Assembly (NCBI GenBank): GCA_951406725.2
Contig: OX597814.1
Coordinates: 189,596,001-189,660,000, forward strand
Direction: 5' to 3'
Source of the DNA: Octopus vulgaris
Taxonomy: Eukaryota
Length of the DNA stretch: 64,000 bases
Shown: one piece after another, positions 13,278-25,825 of the stretch
How the letters are laid out: each line of letters starts with the position of its first letter
Position numbering within the stretch: position 1 is the first letter of the stretch
Notes under the pieces: model-generated
The model's input: only the letters and a program-made list of their open reading frames with translations
Database searches by the model: none
Told to the model about the DNA's origin: nothing
Translations under genes and position numbers: made by a program

Positions 13278-13709
13278 CTTTTACTTGTACTTGTGACGGC
13301 GTTCACCCAGGGCGGGTTGAACCGGCTTCTTCTCTGTTCTTAACGGCATGACGAACCATGGCGGCCCACGCTCGACGGTCCTGTTCGAGGTCACTGGAGA
13401 TAGCAAGCCATTCGCGGTTCCATCTTCGCAGACCGACAACTTGCGGACATGAGAGTTCGGAGAGGTCCTCCTTTATCGTCGTTGCCCAGGTCTTCAGCTG
13501 CCCACCTGTGTGTTTGAGCCAGCTGGGAAGTGGAGGTGGGAGGAGGACATCGCGAATCAGCTCACCCTCTGGACGCCGGGCCGCATGACCGAACCACCTT
13601 AAGCGCCGTTTTAAAAGCACCGGAGGGAGGGGCCGGAGATTCAAGCGGCGACGAAGACCGGTTATAGGAACCCGATCAATGCGTCGTCAGCGAAGAATGC
13701 GGCAGAGAC
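13278..13709 (-). mobile_element. 5'-truncated RTE-clade LINE fragment (ORF C-terminus plus short 3' tail) with 12-bp TSD
   Basis: Peptide CLCRILR*RRIDRV..RRLRWFGHAARR..GGQLKTW..IKEDL..QDRRAW is typical of the region C-terminal to RTE reverse transcriptase; stop followed by CAAGTACAAGTA tail; TSD AATGCATTTCTA at 13266-13277 and 13710-13721. Confidence 0.85.
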
Positions 13710-14680
13710 AATGCATTTCTAGCGCAAACACTATTCTTTTCTTTTTCCTTGATGAGGGGGCATTCCTTTGAATGTACTCTTTGAATGAAATCTAGAAATG
13801 ATCGTCGGAATACTTCATTTCTTTAAATGTGGTACCAAAAACTCTTTTTCAACATCTATTACTCCCTCCATTCCGTAATTTATTTTGAATTTTTAAAAGA
13901 AATATCTTTCTATATTTCATTATTCTTATCTATATTTTTATCTATATTCTATTATATTTATATATCTATATATTTATTTGTCCTTGCATATCTTTTAACA
14001 TTCATATATTTTTATGTATTTGAAACAAATGTATTACTTTGCACTGGAGATCAACAGATGATATGGAACTTCTCTGTGAAACCTGTGTGATACGAGTTGT
14101 GATCCATTATAAAATTCCTGTACCTCATAAAATACTGTTCTGCATATGGGTGCAGATCCTTCTCTGTCTCATGATTTGCAATGTACTTTGAAAGTGGTGC
14201 GGTGTTTTTCTGTTATTAATAATTGAAGATGTTATGTTGATGCATGCTAGTTTTAAAAGAACGTTCTGTAATGCCTATTTGTCATGTTGGTGTGGTGCTA
14301 AAAAGGCCCATATCACTCACCAGCGTAATGAAATATGCCCAAATGCTACCTCAAGAACTTCAAAATACACGTATCCACCCCCATCTAGTGACGGATCGTA
14401 AACAACAATTGATTATCTACATTGCTCAGATCGTCTACTATTAGCATATTACTTCCAAACTCGTCGGCCTGTTCAGTTATCCAACTAAATAAAGTCGTAG
14501 TTAGGTTATCAGCTTTCTTAATGTCACAAAGATTAATCGCTCCATTCCCACACACACAGGCGAAAATACGCATTCATGCATACATCATACGTAAACATAT
14601 ACGCTTACGCGCGCGCATATGCGTGAATATAATCGCAGATGAAAGAAAAGCAGAGGGGTGAGGAGGGAGGGAGAGAGAGA

Positions 14681-14831
14681 GGCATGGCTGTGTGATTAAG
14701 AAGTTCTCTTCACAACTACTTAGATTCAGGTTCATTTCCACTGAGCGCTACCTTCCCTTGTAGCCCTGGGCTCGGGACGGCCAGTGCCCCGGGAGTAAAT
14801 TTGGTGACCGGGAAATGTGTGGAACACCGTT

Positions 14832-14876
<45 letters not shown>

Positions 14877-14887
14877 TATTTGTATGT

Positions 14888-14944
<57 letters not shown>

Positions 14945-15110
14945 CGTGTCTTAGTTTTTGTGACCCCTCCACGCATTCATAACCGGAGCTGGTTTGTTTA
15001 CATCCCCGTAACAAAGTGGTTCGCTGAAAAGAGCCCGAGGGAATATGCACTAGACTTTAAAATATAATTATAGCGTTTTATGGACGTAGTCCAATATCTC
15101 AAACAAGTAA
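14681..15110 (+). mobile_element. SINE family A, old degenerate copy
   Basis: GGCATGGCTGTGTGATTAAGAAG head, internal microsatellite, CATCCCCGTAAC, AAACAAGTAAAA tail. Confidence 0.6.
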
Positions 15111-15536
15111 AACAGTAACAATACATAGTAGAACATCATCATATACAGGTGCGTGCGTTCGTGTGTGTATGTGTGTATGTGTGTGAATGTTTATGTGTGT
15201 ATGCGAGTGACAGAGAGGGTGGGAAGAGAAGATTTTCACGGAGGGGATACTGTTTCAGTTAATATTACCAAAACATCGTCAGATTTGTTACAAGATATTT
15301 CGTGCGTATAGCGAGCATAAACTTGTCTTTTGAACGCGTTTTATCGCTCATATATCATTGTATCAGCGAACCTGTTGCAATTTCCCCGAAATATAGTTTT
15401 CCTTCAAACAAAATTACCATTACCATTTCATTTTATAGATGTAATTTATATATTTTCGATTCTATCATTTCCACTACTGTCACAGAAAAGAAAATTGACT
15501 GTCTATGAATAAATTACTTTCAATATTTCAATATTA

Positions 15537-16908
15537 AGGTGAAGCGGGGAGCTGGGAGAATCGTTGGCACGCTGACCTAAATTCTTAGCAGCATTTCGTC
15601 GGTCTTTATGTTCTGAGTTCAAATTCTGCCAAGGTCGACTTTGCCTTTGATTTTTTCCGGGTCGATAAATTAAGTACCAGTTGCGTATTGGGGTTGATCT
15701 AATCGACTGGCCTCCTCCCCCAAAATTTCGGGCCTTGTGCCTAGAGTAGATAAGAATGTGTTTAAGGCGGCGCGCTGGCAGAAATGTTAACACGCCGGGC
15801 GAAATGCGTAGCCGTATTTCGTCTGCCGTTACGTTCCGAGTTCAAATTCCGCCGAGGTCGACTTTGCCTTTCATCCTTTCGGGGTCGATTAAATATGTAC
15901 CAGTTACGCACTGGGGTTGAAATAATCCACTTAATCCGTTTGCCTGTCCTTGTTTGTCCTCTTTGTATTTAGCCCCTTGTGGGTAGTAAAGAAATAGGTA
16001 TTTCGCCAGTCTTTACGTTCTGAGTTCAAATTCCACCGAGGTCGACTTTGCCTTTTATTTTTTCGGGGTCGATAAATTAAGCACCAGTTACGTATTGGGT
16101 TCGATCTAATTGACTGGCCTCCTCCCCCAAAAATTTCGGGCCTTGTGCCTAGAGTTTGTCTGTCCTTGTTTGTCCTCTCTATGTTTAGCCCCTTGTGGGT
16201 AGTAAAGAAATAGGTATTTCGTCTGTCTTAACGTTCTGAGTTCAAATTCCGCCGAGGTCGACTTTGCTTTTCATCCTTTCAGGGTCGATTAAGTAAGTAC
16301 CAGTTACGCACTGGGGTTGAAATAATCCACTTAATCCGTTTGTCTGTCCTTGTTTGTCCTCTCTGTGTTTAGCCCCTTGTGGGTAGTAAAGAAAAAGGTA
16401 TTTCGTCTGCCGCTACATTCTGAGTTCAAATTCCGCCAAGGTCGACTTTGCCTTTCTTCTTTTCGGGGTCGATAAATTAAGCACCAGTTACATATTGGGT
16501 TCGATCTAATTGACTGGCCTCCTCCCCCAAAATTTCGGGCCTTGTGCCTAGAGTAGAAAATAATATTTTTAAGGCGTCGAGCAGGCAGAAACGCTTGCAC
16601 GCCGGCCGAAATGCACACCGGTATTTCGTCCGTCTTTATGTTCTGAGTTCAAATTCTGCCGAGGTCGATCTTGCCTTTTATCTTCTCGGTGTCGATAAAT
16701 TAAGTACCAGTTGCGTATTTGGTCGTTCTATTCGACTGGCCCCCTACCCGAAAATTGCGGGCCTTGTGCCTAGAGTAGAAAATAATCTGTTACTATTAAG
16801 GTAAAGCGGCGAGGTGGCAGAATCGTTAGCATACTGAGCTAAATGCTTAGCAGCATTTCGTCTGTCTTTAAGTTTCGGGGTCGAATTTGCTTTTCATCCT
16901 TCCGGGGT

Positions 16909-16910
<2 letters not shown>
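15537..16910 (+). mobile_element. Tandem cluster of about seven SINE B units with mixed B1/B2 tails
   Basis: Repeated GTTCTGAGTTCAAATTC..GGTCGACTTTGCC units; internal junctions AAAGAAA(T/A)AGGTATTTCG at about 15990, 16205, 16390. Confidence 0.9.
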
Positions 16911-16958
<48 letters not shown>

Positions 16959-17004
16959 TGTCACCATGCTTGACCGCTAAATCCACAAGTTTTTTTCTCT
17001 TATT

Positions 17005-17043
17005 CCTTTCTTTTGAAGAGCCCAGGCTCGAAACGTAAAATAC
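17005..17043 (+). ncRNA. Degenerate minimal hammerhead motif (element 16955-17075, paralog of 40790-41012)
   Basis: CTTTTGA-A-GAGC-CCAG-GCTC-GAAA-CGTA-AAAT. Confidence 0.4.
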
Positions 17044-17077
17044 TTTTTCACTTTCCCGAGCGACAAACTAATAAACA

Positions 17078-17845
17078 TACAGCTGATCTCTGTGAGTAGA
17101 TAAACAGTGAGGTTAAATCACTGATTTCTATTTGCGGAAGGGAGCTGAATAATACAAAAGCAAATGATATATTATTTGCACTGCCAAGCTAAATGGATAT
17201 TCAGTAAACGTAAACATATAAATTATTTACACAGGAGTGCTGTGTGGTAAGTAGCGTGCTTACCAACCACATGGTTCCGAGTTCAGTTCCGGGCAAGTGT
17301 CTTCTACTATAGCCTCGGGTCGACCAAATCCTTGTAAGTGGATTTGGTAGACGGAAACGGAAAGAAGTCCTTCGTATATGTATATGTATATATGAATATT
17401 TAAGTAGGTGAATGAATTATCCTAGTATGGACAATTCGGTTAATCGATACCTGGGTAGCAAATTCACGATGAGAAGACGGCATATAGCACCCTTTATTCC
17501 TTCGTAATTAAGAGTATGCAGTCTTCGAAACATGTGTTGAGAGTAAAGGAATTTTGTTAAAATCTTCGTTCGACTCCTTTCATTTATTCATATATATATA
17601 TACGTATATATACATATATTCCGGGCTCAGTGGAACTGAACTCGGAACCATATGGTTGGTAAGCACGCTACTTACCACACAGCCACTCCTGTGTAAATAA
17701 TTTATATGTTTACCTTTACTGAATATCCATTTAGCTTCGCAGTGCAACTAATATATCATTTGCTTTTGTATTATTCAACTCCCTTCCGCAAATAAAATTC
17801 AGTGATTTAACCTCACTGTTTATTTACTCAGAGAGATCAGCTGTA
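17078..17845. repeat. Inverted duplication of about 213 bp (17078-17290 vs 17632-17845) including unique flank and a SINE A head
   Basis: TACAGCTGATCTCT..GTTCAGTTCC vs GGAACTGAAC..AGAGATCAGCTGTA; both share the diagnostic GTAGCGTGCTT variant. Confidence 0.9.
17461..17544 (+). ncRNA. Degenerate hammerhead motif with long stem II in a TA-embedded element (17400-17592; ends shared with 60585-60728)
   Basis: ACGATGA-GAAGACGGCATA..TATGCAGTCTTC-GAAA-CATGTG-TT-GAG; resembles 62790-62888. Confidence 0.45.
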
Positions 17846-17847
17846 CA

Positions 17848-18252
17848 CTCTTCTACTCTTCTCTTCTATTTGTTTCAGTCATTTGACTGCGGCCATGCTG
17901 GAGCACCGCCTTTAGTCGAGCAACTCGACCCCGGGACTTATTCTTTTTGTAAGCCCAGTACTTATTCTATCGGTCACTTTTTGCCGAACCGCTAAGTGAC
18001 GGGGACGTAAACACACCAGCATCGGTTGTCAAGCAATGCTAGGGGAACAAACACAGACACACAAACACACACATACATATATATACATATATACGACAGG
18101 TTTCTTTCAGTTTCCATCTACCAAATCCACTCACAAGGCATTGGTCGGCCCGGGGCTATAGCAGAAGACACTTGCCCAAGATGCCACGCAGTGGGACTGA
18201 ACCCGGAACCATGTGGTTGGTTAGCAAGCTATTTACCACACAGCCACTCCTG
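17848..18252 (-). mobile_element. SINE family A, full length
   Basis: Near-consensus copy. Confidence 0.9.
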
Positions 18253-18854
18253 TATGTTTATTAAACGTTAACATGTAGATTCAATTGCAATTTATCCTCC
18301 ACACAAACACACACACGCGCGCGTTGTCTCAGTGTTAATATTATTAATTAACTAGCGCCGCCAATGTCTGTACGGAGATGCAAGTGAGCTCAATCAATGA
18401 TTGTTTCCCATAGCATTTGCTATGGATAAGCAGCTATCTTTATCAATAGATCGAACGAGAGCGAAGACATGATGAGCAGACAACAACCAGACGAAAGCAG
18501 TTGATTTATTATTATTTATTATTATTTTTTTTTTCTAAACATGAGAACTAGTTGACTTCTAGTCAACGTTTCTTTAGAAACGCAGTGCACGAAATAAAAT
18601 AAAATTTGAATTAGTATTCGTAAAAGTAGGTGAACCATCAAATTTTTACATAGTAAGTCAAATCTATTTTAGAAAATAACCTGAACCGATGAAAATGACA
18701 GACGTTTGAAATAAAACGCACAAGTTTACTGTAAAACTAAGGCAGTGTTATACCACATGAAGGGTGATATAGGGAGGCCACTGAAACCTACATATACAAA
18801 ATATACAAGCGATTTCGAGGGGCCACAATGAAAAGAGAAACTTTTCTATCTTTT

Positions 18855-19256
18855 TCTTTTATTCTTTTATTTGTTTCATTTATTTGACAGCAGCCATGCT
18901 GGAGCACCGTCTTTAGTCGAACTAATCGACCCCAGAACTTATTCTTTGTAAGCCTAATACTTATTCTATCGGTCTCTTTTGCCGAACCGCTAAGTTACGG
19001 AGGCGTAAGCACACCAGCATCGGTTGTCAAGCGATGTTGGGGGGACAAACACAGACACACAAGCACATACATACACACGTATATATATATATATATAAAT
19101 AAGTTTCCGTCTACCAAATCCACTCAGAAGGCTTTGGTCGTTTGGTCGGCTCGAGGCTATAGTAGAAGACACTTGCCCAATGTGCCACACAGTGGGACTG
19201 AACCCGGGACCATATGATTCGTAAGCAAGCTACTTACCGCACAGCCACTCCTACGT
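18855..19256 (-). mobile_element. SINE family A, small internal deletion and TTTGGTCG duplication
   Basis: Collinear with A consensus. Confidence 0.9.
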
Positions 19257-20687
19257 CTTTATTTTCTCAACAATTTTAGTCTAAAGGTCGTTGAAAAAAT
19301 GCAGGCGTATTCAAAGGGTCGCAGTTGTATGTTGAAAGACTAACTAGTTAATGAAGTTGATGAATTAAGTAAATAAAAATCAATAGGAAACGAAAATACA
19401 ATTGATGTGTATGTATGTATGTATGAAAGTATGCCGTGTGAATTTATTCACGTTATGACCCTCCCAAAATTCAACAATATCTGTTTCAACTCACGGTTCA
19501 CACAAAGAAACTCCGGAACAAATGCAATATAAGAATAGATAGATAGATATACATGTAAGTGCAAACACATACACACACACACACACATATATACTCATAA
19601 GTATGCATACATCCACACATACACACACACACTACATACACACTCACTCACTTATATATACACGCATATATGAATAATTCTTCGATGAGAAAGAAGACAA
19701 GTAAATTGAATTGAGCGAATGAGTAAACAACGTTTCGCTAACCGCAATATTGTTGGTAATACGCAAATATGATTGGTTAACATATAGGTAAATAGGTGGT
19801 TAAATTTGAAATTAGGTGGGGTTCGTATGTACGCAATCACTTTATTAAGTAGGTAATTCATTATCAATGAAAGAAAGTATATATAGGTAAGTAGGTAATT
19901 AAAAAGAAAATTGTATATAGATTTTAAGGTTAAGTATTACATAAAATTGATTTACTCATACGAAACGAATAGATTTTGTAATGGTTTCATGTTATTCTAT
20001 GCTTTCTTATCCCTCTTCATCTAGCTATGAAGATATTTCACGGTGAAGAGAATTTCTAAGTAATCACTGGTCCTGCAGGGAAAGTAATAGAAGAAATAAA
20101 AAAGAAAAACACCTGCCGATTTTTCTTAAACTGACACCTTTCCGTTTTCTTTTTGTTTTTCTGTTATTTATTATTTTTTTTTTAGGCGAAGACTGGAAAA
20201 CTATCACCCGCCAGATATCCTTCAAATTACACCCTACGATTACAAAAAAAAAATGAAAACATCAAGAACAATTATGATAATGTAGTCCTAGATGCTACTA
20301 ATAGTAGGATCAGTAACTTTGGAAAAAGTTTTATCATAAGTAAGCTGGGATAATGATTAACAAGATTAGTCTCCACTAATCAATGGGGAGACGTTTATGT
20401 AATTTCATGAGTATGACCTACGAGAAATAGTTGTCAAAGTATTCTTCAAATAACGTCCTATATTGATATAAAAGTGAGAGAATACTAAGGATAATGGGAT
20501 CTTTACCTTTCGACCGACAGATTTTAAAAATAACTTTTTGTAACTAAACACTTTCAAACTTCGGACACTGGTAGAATGTGTCATATAAAACATCTTTTAC
20601 TCTTAGCGTTTTTGAGGAAAACGTATATTTACGAAGTTATTTCACGTTAAAGTTGTAGTATTTCGATAATTTCAACCAATCAATGAC

Positions 20688-20974
20688 GTGTATTCAACTG
20701 AATTATATTACAGCTGTTGTTTGTCAACAAGAACTTCCGGCGGTGTATATTTCGTTTGTCACTGTTATTTATGACAACCCTAACCCTAAAACCTTAAACC
20801 TAACCCTAACCCTAAAACCTTTGCCCTAAAATCCTAACCCTAACCCTAAAACATTAAAGCTACACCAGTACAAACGCACGAACGATGTCATAAATAACAG
20901 TGACAAACAAAAAATACACCACGGATAGTTGTTGCTGACAAACAACGGTAGTAATTTTATTCAGCTGAATACAC
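20688..20974. repeat. About 89-bp inverted repeats enclosing degenerate telomere-like (TAACCC)n
   Basis: 20688-20776 GTGTATTCA..GTCACTGTTATTTATGACA vs 20886-20974 TGTCATAAATAACAGTGAC..TGAATACAC; spacer ACCCTAACCCTAAAACC repeats. Confidence 0.8.
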
Positions 20975-22058
20975 TTGCCCAGACACAGGAAATAGAAATA
21001 CAATGGTCACAAGAGGTATCTGCCGTGGTATAGACCTTTGGTTTGTCATACTGAGTTGATTGCACATGGAGGTGATCGGCATGATGTGGTTGAAAAGAGA
21101 TCTGAATGATCCCCCATGTCTCGATGACCCTTTCCAGAGCTGTACCCCGCTGAGAGAGGAGAGAAATAAACAGCTTGGTGGCTCAGGATAGAAATCCTAG
21201 TTCTATACGTGCTCAGTTAAGACTAACTGAGGGACATCTGTCTAGAGGAAAAGAAAAAGATAGAAAAGAATGAGATGAAATAATAGAAGCAGCAGAATCA
21301 AAACGAATAGACCCCTTTAGCTAACACTGCTTCCAGAGCACTACTGGCCGCGGCTACCGAAATAGCCTGATCGAAAGCTAAGATATCGCTTCTGCCCCAG
21401 TGCTATCGCCACTACGGACCAACGATGAGATATGGCACTAAGTCAAAGGGTTTTCTTTCTCAGAGCAGGACTGCTCAGATGCTACGTGTTCCGATACCCT
21501 GTCTTACGGTAATAGAAAACGGTAAAAAACTAAACACGTGTGAAGAACTTTTGAGGACATTAAAAAAGTATGTGTGCGTGCGTGTTTGTTGGGGTGCGTG
21601 TATCATATTAAGATTCAGGTGAATAAGGCTCTTAAATGGTAAGGCATCGGGTTGGATCAGAATTAAAATGCATACACAGCAACTATAGACGAATACAAAC
21701 ACTGATACCGAATTTCAGGCAGAAATATATTCAGGTTATGTATACAATTAATTGAAACCAACTGAGTATACCATCAGCCCTTGGGCCAATTCATAGCATA
21801 TAAACAGCGGATGAAAGAAAAAGAGAGGTCTCAGATAATAGGTAAGCCAAAAATAAATGAATAAAATAAAATGAAAATGTTTGTAGACCATCACAAATTA
21901 TTTACTGTGTACAATCTGTCAGAATATGCTTCATGCAAGCCAGGAAAGAGGGGAAAAAAATCTATTACATTCGTTCAGTCAGCAAAACTGCCAGCAGCCA
22001 TCATCTCGCCGGCGAGAGAACTTGAGTATCGGCACGTTCTTACTGACCCTAAATAAAT

Positions 22059-22149
<91 letters not shown>

Positions 22150-23204
22150 GTGTGTACGTACGTGTGTCCCCATGTTCTGTAGCCCACCTTTTTATTTGAC
22201 ACGTTTCGCAGAGAACCATGAGTCCAATAAGATATTGTTAATTATCGCTCTTGTTGACAACATCATCATCATCGTCATCATAAAAATCATCATCATCATC
22301 AAAATCATCATCATCATTGCTTCTCTACAAAAAAAAATTACAATTACCACTTTTGATATTGTTGCATTTCTTTTATTTTATTTTCCTTTTTTTTTTTTAC
22401 TCAATGTAATTTCATAGTTTTTCCTTCTTTTCATTTTTCGTTTTGTTCATGATTTTATTTCTAATTCCTTTGTTGTCGTTGTTATTGTTCTTCTTCTTCT
22501 CGTTCTTGCTGCTGCCGCTGTTGCTGTTGTTACTGTTGCATGCTATAGTATTATAAATTTTTTTTTTTTTTTTTTTTCTTTTCTGCTGATAAGGATTTTA
22601 TGTTTGTGTGTTTGTAGCTATTATTATTATTATTATCCTTACTATTATTGCCTCTTTTAGAGTTGTTGTTATTTCTATTGTTGGCCTGTTTCAGAAGCCA
22701 TTGTTGATTATTACAATGGCTTTCGCTATTTCTTTACCAGCCTTCGATTTTACTTTGTTATTTTGTTGATTATGTTCTTAATGGGCCCCCACCTCCATTG
22801 CTATTGTTCTTATTGCTGCAGTTGTTGTCGGTGTTGTTGTCTCTGTTGCTGTTGTCGGTGGTGTTGTCTTTTAGTTTTTTTTCATCCTTTGCATTTACTG
22901 TCACCAGCGTCATAACCTGTGCTACCGGAACTTCAAAAGAGGAAGTAAAACCATCGATTTTGTCATTCGTTTGGAACCAATGAAAATCTATCAAGAAGGA
23001 TTTTTACGCAATCGGAAAAGAAACGCGGGCTTTAGATTTTAGAAATTGTTCAAAATCTAAAGTTAGGGAAATGAAAAAGATTATGTTCCTACATAAAAAT
23101 AAAAAAAAATTTTTTTTGGCTTTCTGCCACAATTGCAGCCAATATGCATATTGCATTTGTTGTTGCATCTGTTATTAGATTGCTGCTATTGTTGTTGTCT
23201 TCTT

Positions 23205-23721
23205 CTTCTTCTTCTTCTTCTTCTTCTTCTTCTTCTTCTTCTTCTTCTTCTTCCAATCAGGACTCACGCCATTTGTCACAAAGAATAATCTCTAATTCGA
23301 GCCTACTCTAAGCTACTAAGAATGCATGTCGCAACTTGAAGAGCCACCCACCACACGCGATAGACTGGTGGTTGCACGGGCGCGAAAGCTACGTTGTTAT
23401 ACTCAACCCATAAACGGTGACTTTTAACGGGTGGAGAGCTGAACCATCCTGGGATACAGAGGATTCGCAATCTAGATTAGGGCCTGAAAGTTTACCACAG
23501 CATAGTAGGTTACACCATAGTTCCCCTGCTTTGTGGCAGAAGTCGGAAGAAAGAGTGAGAGAAAGTTGTGGTGAAAGTGTACAGCAGGGTTCACCATCCC
23601 TCACAGCCGGAGCCTCATGGAGCTTAGGTGGTTTTTTTTTCAATAAACACTCACAATGCCGAAATCGTGTTCTTACGACCGCGAGACCGCTACTCTAACC
23701 ACTGGGCCATTGCGTCTCCAC
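23205..23721 (-). mobile_element. Chimeric SINE: family-D head/body plus a distinct tail of about 300 bp ending in (GAA)n
   Basis: GTGGAGACGCAATGGCCCAGTGGTTAG head and D body to about 23545, then unrelated sequence ending GAGTCCTGATTG(GAA)n. Confidence 0.7.
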
Positions 23722-23936
23722 TGTTGTTGTTATCGTGGCGGCGGCGGCGGTGGCGGTGGTGGCGGTGGTGGCGGTGGTAGCGTTGGTGGTGATGTAGCTG
23801 TTGGTCCTATTGTAGTTGTTACCGTAGTGGCGGTTAGTCATTGTTTAACTCCAGGGCAGCTGTGACTACGAAGACTTAAAAAGCCGACATGCGGATATGA
23901 TCCCACGAATGTAAATGAAGGAGGCAGATCATTACT

Positions 23937-24168
23937 TATTTCTTTACTGCCCTCAAGGGGCTAACCATAGAGGGGACAAACAAGGAGAGACAAACGGATT
24001 AAGTCGATTATATCGACCCCAGTACGTAACTGGTACTTATTTAATCGACCCCGAAAGGATGAAAAGCAAAGTCGACCTCGGCGGAATTTGAACTCAGAAC
24101 GTAGCGGCAGATGAAAGACCACTATGCATTTCGCCTGGCGTGCTAACGTTTCTGCCAGTTCGCCGTCT
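23937..24168 (-). mobile_element. SINE family B (B1) with 16-bp TSD
   Basis: TSD GAG(G/A)CAGATCATTACT at 23921-23936 and 24170-24185. Confidence 0.9.
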
Positions 24169-24957
24169 TGAGACAGATCATTACTGTCATGGATATTGTT
24201 AAGGTGATTTTGAGCTTATTTGAATCTGAGATTTGATCGTAAAAGGAGACAATAAGACACTGCAACGAACTAAGCCGGGTATGCCACAAGCTGAAGCCAT
24301 TCTGCTACAAAACAACGATAACCAGAATCATCTCCAACAACAACAATAGAAACTACAGCAGCAGAGATAACACCAACAAAATAATGGTTACAAATTTTGA
24401 CAAAGAGCCAGTAGTTTTTATTTTTAGGAGAAGGAGAAGTCAATAACATCGATCCAATTTATTCAAGGATACTCATTTCATCGACTCCCCAAAGTAGGAA
24501 AAGCAAAGCAGACCTCGGTGGAAAGCAACACAAAAAATGATATTGAACATTTAATCAATGGTCTATTTTTTTATGTCGTCGCAAGGCGTATCACAAATAG
24601 CAGCCAAACCTCCCTCAAAGTACACCATATCTTTAACAGGGTTAGGACACTTAAAATAAGGTATCTCTGGATACTTTATGTAGGTATTCACATATGAATA
24701 TCTAAAAAACAAAAAAACGAAACAAAAGAAGACGCAAAATATTTTTGCCTGAAACCTCTTAATAAAGCAGGTCCGTTCAGGGGATAAGGGGCGTCAACAA
24801 TAACAACGTTATCTAAAATGCATGATTTTCATGTCCACATAAAGATGTTTATATATATATATATATATACTTGGAAATGGATGCGTGGCGTTCAATGAAA
24901 TAATAATATAAATAATAAATATATTTATATTTGTGTGTATATGTGTATGTATATATC

Positions 24958-25054
<97 letters not shown>

Positions 25055-25055
<1 letters not shown>

Positions 25056-25730
25056 CATATTTGGGTACAGGGCATCACCAACAGTAAACAACATGAAATA
25101 CGAAAACAAATGAGTTAAATACGCAAATAAGGAGAGAGAAAAAGGACAAATAATACAAAGAATGACCCTTCATCAGTTGTCGGCTGTCTATCCGCTCCCC
25201 GTTTCGAGCAATCAACGACAATATGAGTCTTCGAAGACAGTTGCTCCTATAAATACCAAAATAAAATTTTGGATGTATGGACAGTCAAAGTTAGGAACAA
25301 CAACAGGACAGTGGAGACATTCAGGGAAACTGAACGAAAACAAATATAGAGGATCGTTAGATTTCAATGAGGGGGAAATAGTGAATGCTGAGAGAAATAT
25401 TTTCTTTGAAAAGAGAAAAGATAGAAAAGAGAGACATAGATGTCCAGTCCTTAGAACGTCCGTGCGAGAAAGAAAGATGGTCACGCGAAGAAAAGAAAGA
25501 TGAACGATGATCACGTGTGAGCAACGAGAGAGAGAGAGAGAGAAAGAGAAAGAGGGTGAGAGAGAGAGAGAGAAAAAGAGAAAGAGGGTGAGAGAGAGAG
25601 AAAAAGAGAAAGAGGGTGAGAGAGAGAGAGAGACAGATGATGAATTACTTGTACTTTTTTCTATCGTTATTTGCATATTTGCTTTCGTATTTCATGTTGT
25701 TTACTGTTGATGTCTTGTACCCAGATATGC
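25055..25730 (-). mobile_element. Microsatellite-embedded non-coding element with inverted terminal copy; relatives at 30745-31127 and 60805-61255
   Basis: GCATATTTGGGTACA..CAACAGTAAACAACATGAAATACGAAA (25056-25140) is inverted at 25655-25730; shared motif GAC(A/G)GCCGAC(A/G)AC(T/C)GATGAAGGG in all three copies. Confidence 0.7.
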
Positions 25731-25788
25731 ACATATATATATATATTATTTATGTTATATATATATATACATATATACATATATACAT

Positions 25789-25817
<29 letters not shown>

Positions 25818-25825
<8 letters not shown>

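Noticed and set aside
13278-13300. RTE fragment as the partner LINE of SINE A
   Set aside because: Similarity is limited to ACAAGTAAAAG; the upstream hairpin sequence is not shared.
20975-21470. GC-richer segment, possible LINE fragment; similarly 27560-28310 and 31240-31720
   Set aside because: No diagnostic motif readable by eye; left unclassified.
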